Assembly (NCBI RefSeq): GCF_963676685.1
Contig: NC_092344.1
Coordinates: forward strand, 99,944,001 to 100,008,000
DNA from: Mytilus edulis
Lineage: Eukaryota
Length of the DNA: 64,000 bases
Direction: 5' to 3'
Position numbers and translations under genes: made by a program. The notes beneath the pieces are model-generated. The model worked only from the letters and a program-made list of their open reading frames with translations, was not told the origin of the DNA and searched no databases. Positions within the stretch are counted from its first letter, which is position 1. Every line of letters begins with the position of its first letter. Below are positions 59,780 through 64,000 of this stretch, piece after piece.

Positions 59780-62700
59780 TAGCAAGCAAAATCGAGGGAA
59801 TTGTGCAAATGATGATACAAGCATGAAATTTGGTATAAAGGTCGACCAAATGATACTAAAAAAAAATCCGCTGCTGGCCATAAAAAAAAATCATTTTTTC
59901 AAGATGGCCACGGCCTTTTTCAAAATGGCTGTAGTTTAAATTTCGAAAATATCTATATTTCTGGAAAACTGTCTTTCTTTGTCATTCTTTTGGTAAAATA
60001 ACAATGAGGTTCGGTGTTTTCCTTCCTTACATGAGAGATATATTGTATACATGAATATTTGACTTGTCTTGGGTTTGCGCATGCTCAAAAAATAGTTATA
60101 AAATTCAAAAACATTTACTTTTTCGTTAATGAATTTGTCTATACTTACTAATGATATTTTTGCCACGTATAATAATGATTGTTATTTACTATTACGTCGT
60201 CAGATCTCCTCACTTATTCCCTATTGTGGCTGGTTTTGCTGAATATAAAATCGCATTGCTATAAGACGTGGCACGGTATTTAGTTATCTCACATTCATGA
60301 ATTTGGTTTCAATGTTTTATTTGTAATATTGATCGGATATTGTCAACTGTTTTATCGTTTTTAGTTGTAACTGTTTTGTTTTCTATTCTATTATAATAGT
60401 ATTGTAACTTAAATTGTTAGTAAATGCATCGGATATCATTATTACGAACCTAATCTTGAACTTTTTCTTGAAAATTATTAAAAGTTACCTGTGAATTCAC
60501 TTTTGTGCGTCGATGTAGTCGGATAAATCCCTCGACCTGTTATCATTTGAGTGAAATTTAGAAAAGGTTTTTTATATCTGTATTGCAATTATTGTTGATA
60601 TTATTAATGCTATAAGAGTAAATATTTGATTTGGTTTTATTTTCACAATCATCATGGCGAAAAGAATTCGTCTGTCATCAGTCTCAACAGGCAGTTGGGA
60701 AACTGACTGGACAAAGTGTTGTTTATGTCAAGAAGACACAGTTGAAACATTAAAATTAACTGCCGATGGGTATAAAATGTTTGCTATCAACATTCCTAAG
60801 TTTCACGAAATGAATAGCTTACCTATACCAATAGACGTTAGAAGGTTTAACAATGGTTCTGGTATTGAAAACACTTTAACAACAAATGAGGCAAAATACC
60901 ATCCAAGTTGTCGAATAAAATTTAACAACACCAAATTGAAACGTGTCGAACAACGATACGAGTCGGCAAAATCAATCAAAGGTGAACCTTGTTGTTCTCC
61001 CAAGTTCATTCGTCGCCCAATTGATCATTTAGATACAAAATTGAAACAAGATATTGTTAAGTGTTTTTTGTGTGACAAAGAGGCTCCACCTTCGTCACTC
61101 AGGGAAGCAATGACAATGAAGCTGAATGATAGATTGAAAAGTTGTGCTGAAACTCTCCAAGACAAGCAGTTATTGGCCAAACTAAGTACTGGGGATGTCA
61201 TAGCCCAAGACTTGAAATACCACCCCGCTTGTCTTGCAGCTCTATATAATAAAGAAAGAGCCGTGAAGAAAAGGACAGAGGAACAGGCACAGATTGATAC
61301 CAATGCGGAAAAAGAAGCAGGAGATGTAGCCTTGGCTGAGTTGGTTAATTACGTATTTGAAACTCAAAGAAATAGTGATGGGGCCAATGCATTTAGACTG
61401 GCAGACCTTTCAAATATGTATGAAAAAAGAGTTAAATGAGGGTACAATTCCAATACACAGGACACGACTGAAAGAAATTCTTCTTGCAAAGATACCAGAT
61501 CTTCAAGCATATACGAAAGGCAGGGAGGTGTTATTGGTTTTTGAAAAAGATGTTGATCCGGCAATAGCATTAGCATGTAATTACGACGACACCATACATA
61601 TTGGAAAAACTGCAGAAATTATTAGGGCACAAATTAAGGAACATAAAACAAAATTTTCTGGTTCATTTTCTGCCGAAGATACCCAATCAAGCGTTCCAAC
61701 ATCTCTGCTAGAACTAGTGTGCATGATTGAACATGGCCCTGATATTCAATCTCAATTAGAGAACAGTGTATGCAAGTCTGATATAGCAATTGCTCAGTTG
61801 CTTATGTACAATTATCATGCAAAAACACCAAAAATATCAGAACAACAACGGCATGCAGTAGATCGTGAACCTCCTTTTTGTATCTATATTGGACTTTTAA
61901 TTTTTGCAAGGACTAGGAAGCGTCACTTGATCGATATTTTATTTCAATATGGGTTATGTATTTCATATCACCGGGTATTAGAAATATCAACACAATTGGA
62001 AGATGCTGTAGTTGAACGATTTTTGTCCGAAGGTTTAGTATGTCCTCCTGTTTTGAAAAAAGGGCTTTTCACTACAGCTGCTGTTGACAATATTGATCAC
62101 AACCCTAGTTCAACAACTGCCAAAACTTCATTTCATGGGACAGGAATTTCTATTTTTCAGCACCCGTCAGATGACATAAGTGGGATTGAACGTGGAGACT
62201 TAATACTTGGGAATAGATCAAATTCAAGACAAGTATCTTCACTTCCAGATACATACGCAAATGTTAGACCTGCCTACTTAAAGACTAAACCTAAACCTCC
62301 AAATAGCCCCGATACCATACTCAAGTTAACAGATCATGATTATCTTAAACAAAGCCTCCAGTGTGAATTTGAATGGCTAAACGAGGTTCATCTAACAGAT
62401 GAGGATTTGGGATTCGAACACATATCTTGGTCGTCATATCATTCCTCCAAAAAACGAGGCCCTTCTGTACAAGTTAGTTTAACATCTTTGATGCCACTGT
62501 TTGAAGAACAAGCCCATTCAGTTGCAATGATAAAGTGAAGGAAGTGGTTGCCTTTCTAAATCCAGGACAAACACCAATTATAACTGCAGATCAACCACTT
62601 TTTGTTTTGGCAAAGCAAATTCAGTGGGAATGGCCAAATTTGTATGGAGAAGATAAGTTTGTCGTCATGTTTGGGGGATTGCATATTGAAATGGCTTGTT

Positions 62701-64000
62701 TTAAAATTCTTGGTGACATTTTGCGTGATAGCGGATGGACTAGTGCCCTCACAGAAGCCGATATTGCAACATCTGGCACGGCAGATTCCTTCCTTGTATG
62801 TTCAAATGTACCCAGGATTAGACACGCACATCAAATAACTGCCTGTGTTTTGTTTGAATTGCTAATGTCGGCTTATGAAAGCATAAACGCAGACAATATA
62901 GCTGATGACTCTGTGACGTTCGATAATTTGATGGATTGGTGCACAGAAAGAGAGTCAACTAGACCCCAGTTTAATTTCTGGCGTTCCATTATGAATTTAG
63001 AACTCTTGTGTTATCTGTAGTACGATCATTTCGTGAGTCAGATTTTTTACTTTACAAAGAGTCCTTATCAAGCATGATACCGTATTTTTTTGGACTAGAT
63101 CGTGTAAATTATGCTCGATGGTTACCGATCCATCTCCACGATATGGCTTCCCTTCATGAACATCACCCACAGGTGGCAATGGAATTTGCCAATGGTAATT
63201 TCACGGTTCGTAAGACCAACAAGTTGTTTTCTAATATCGCAATTGATCATGCACATGAACAGAACAATGCAATTGTGAAGGGCGATGGTGGTGCCATAGG
63301 TTTAACTGAGGATCCCTCAGCTTTGAGGCGATGGATGGTAGCTGGACCAGAAGTCAGTAGATTGGTAGAAGAATTTGAAATATCTAGTGGTTTGAGTCAT
63401 ACAACAACAGACGAACGGCACCATGAAGACTCTGCTAAGACCCAAAGGGATTTCTTCGAAAGAGTTCAACGGCTTTCTAAAGTGATGACTGAGTTTGGAA
63501 ATCCTTTTTTAGAGGAGTCATCAGATTTATACAAAATTGACTCTAAGGAAATTGTTGAATCGGAGGCTGGTAATATATGTAGACTGGAAGATATTGGATC
63601 GAAACAATACGAAGATCTATTACAAAAAATTCAAAACGAAGGAGAATCTGCATTTTATGACCTGATAAAAAAGAACAATTTCCGGTTATTCAGCCGTAAA
63701 ACAAAACCTGAAACGTCTTCATCAAAAACAAAACTTAAGAACCTTAAAAGTGATTGCGATCTCTTTTCTTGACTTTTCATTTCGTGTCAAAGTAGACAGT
63801 GTGACTTAGAAGATTTCTTTAGTCATGAAAACCAAACTGCTCCACCGTCTTTGTCTCAGGATGGCACTTTCAACAGTGGAAATAAATCGCAGCTAATGGA
63901 CGTACTTGAATCCTTCTGCGATTTGCCTTCAACTGATCCACACTCAGACGCATTCGTTGTTGATGGGGCAGCAATGGTTAATTCCAGACCACCACGTGGG
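59780..64000 (+). mobile_element. Academ DNA transposon in CERK intron 4 (right end outside the window)
   Basis: Academ transposase motifs downstream. Candidate left terminus TAGCAAGCAAAATC at 59780 (TAG start; unconfirmed without the other TIR). Confidence 0.75.
60654..64000 (+). pseudogene. Disrupted Academ transposase
   Basis: Motifs CCLCQ, YHPSC, CFLCD, YHPACL, AAVDNIDHNPSSTTAKTSFHGTGIS, DQPLF, FGGLHIEM, NYARWL, DHAHEQNN, HENQ..PPSLS. Frameshifts at ~61436, ~62535 and ~63010; in-frame TGA at 63770-63772. Confidence 0.85.

Overview
AT-rich, intron-rich animal genomic DNA. The repeat families and retrozyme-like units suggest a bivalve such as Mytilus (inference). Five spliced host genes can be rebuilt by hand from splice sites with consistent phases: a complete secreted DNase I (+, 9483-17561) whose 5' part is tandemly duplicated; a UPF0489/C5orf22-like putative metallohydrolase with an unusual N-terminal transmembrane segment (+, 20429-32695); two uncharacterised coiled-coil genes (-, 33942-41510 and 44663-51350); and the first four exons of ceramide kinase (+, from 54977). 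Intron 1 of the UPF0489-like gene holds a four-level transposon nest. It includes a Sola2-like element with an intact ~884-aa transposase ORF and atypical ends (GAC...GTC termini, apparent 3-bp TSD). A broken Academ transposon lies in a CERK intron. Several ~355-nt repeats carry minimal type I hammerhead ribozymes on the minus strand (non-LTR retrozyme-like), with compensatory base changes in their hairpins. One of these arrays sits inside a Penelope-like RT relic. MITEs, Helentron-associated elements and microsatellites make up much of the rest. All family assignments come from motif recognition, not database searches.
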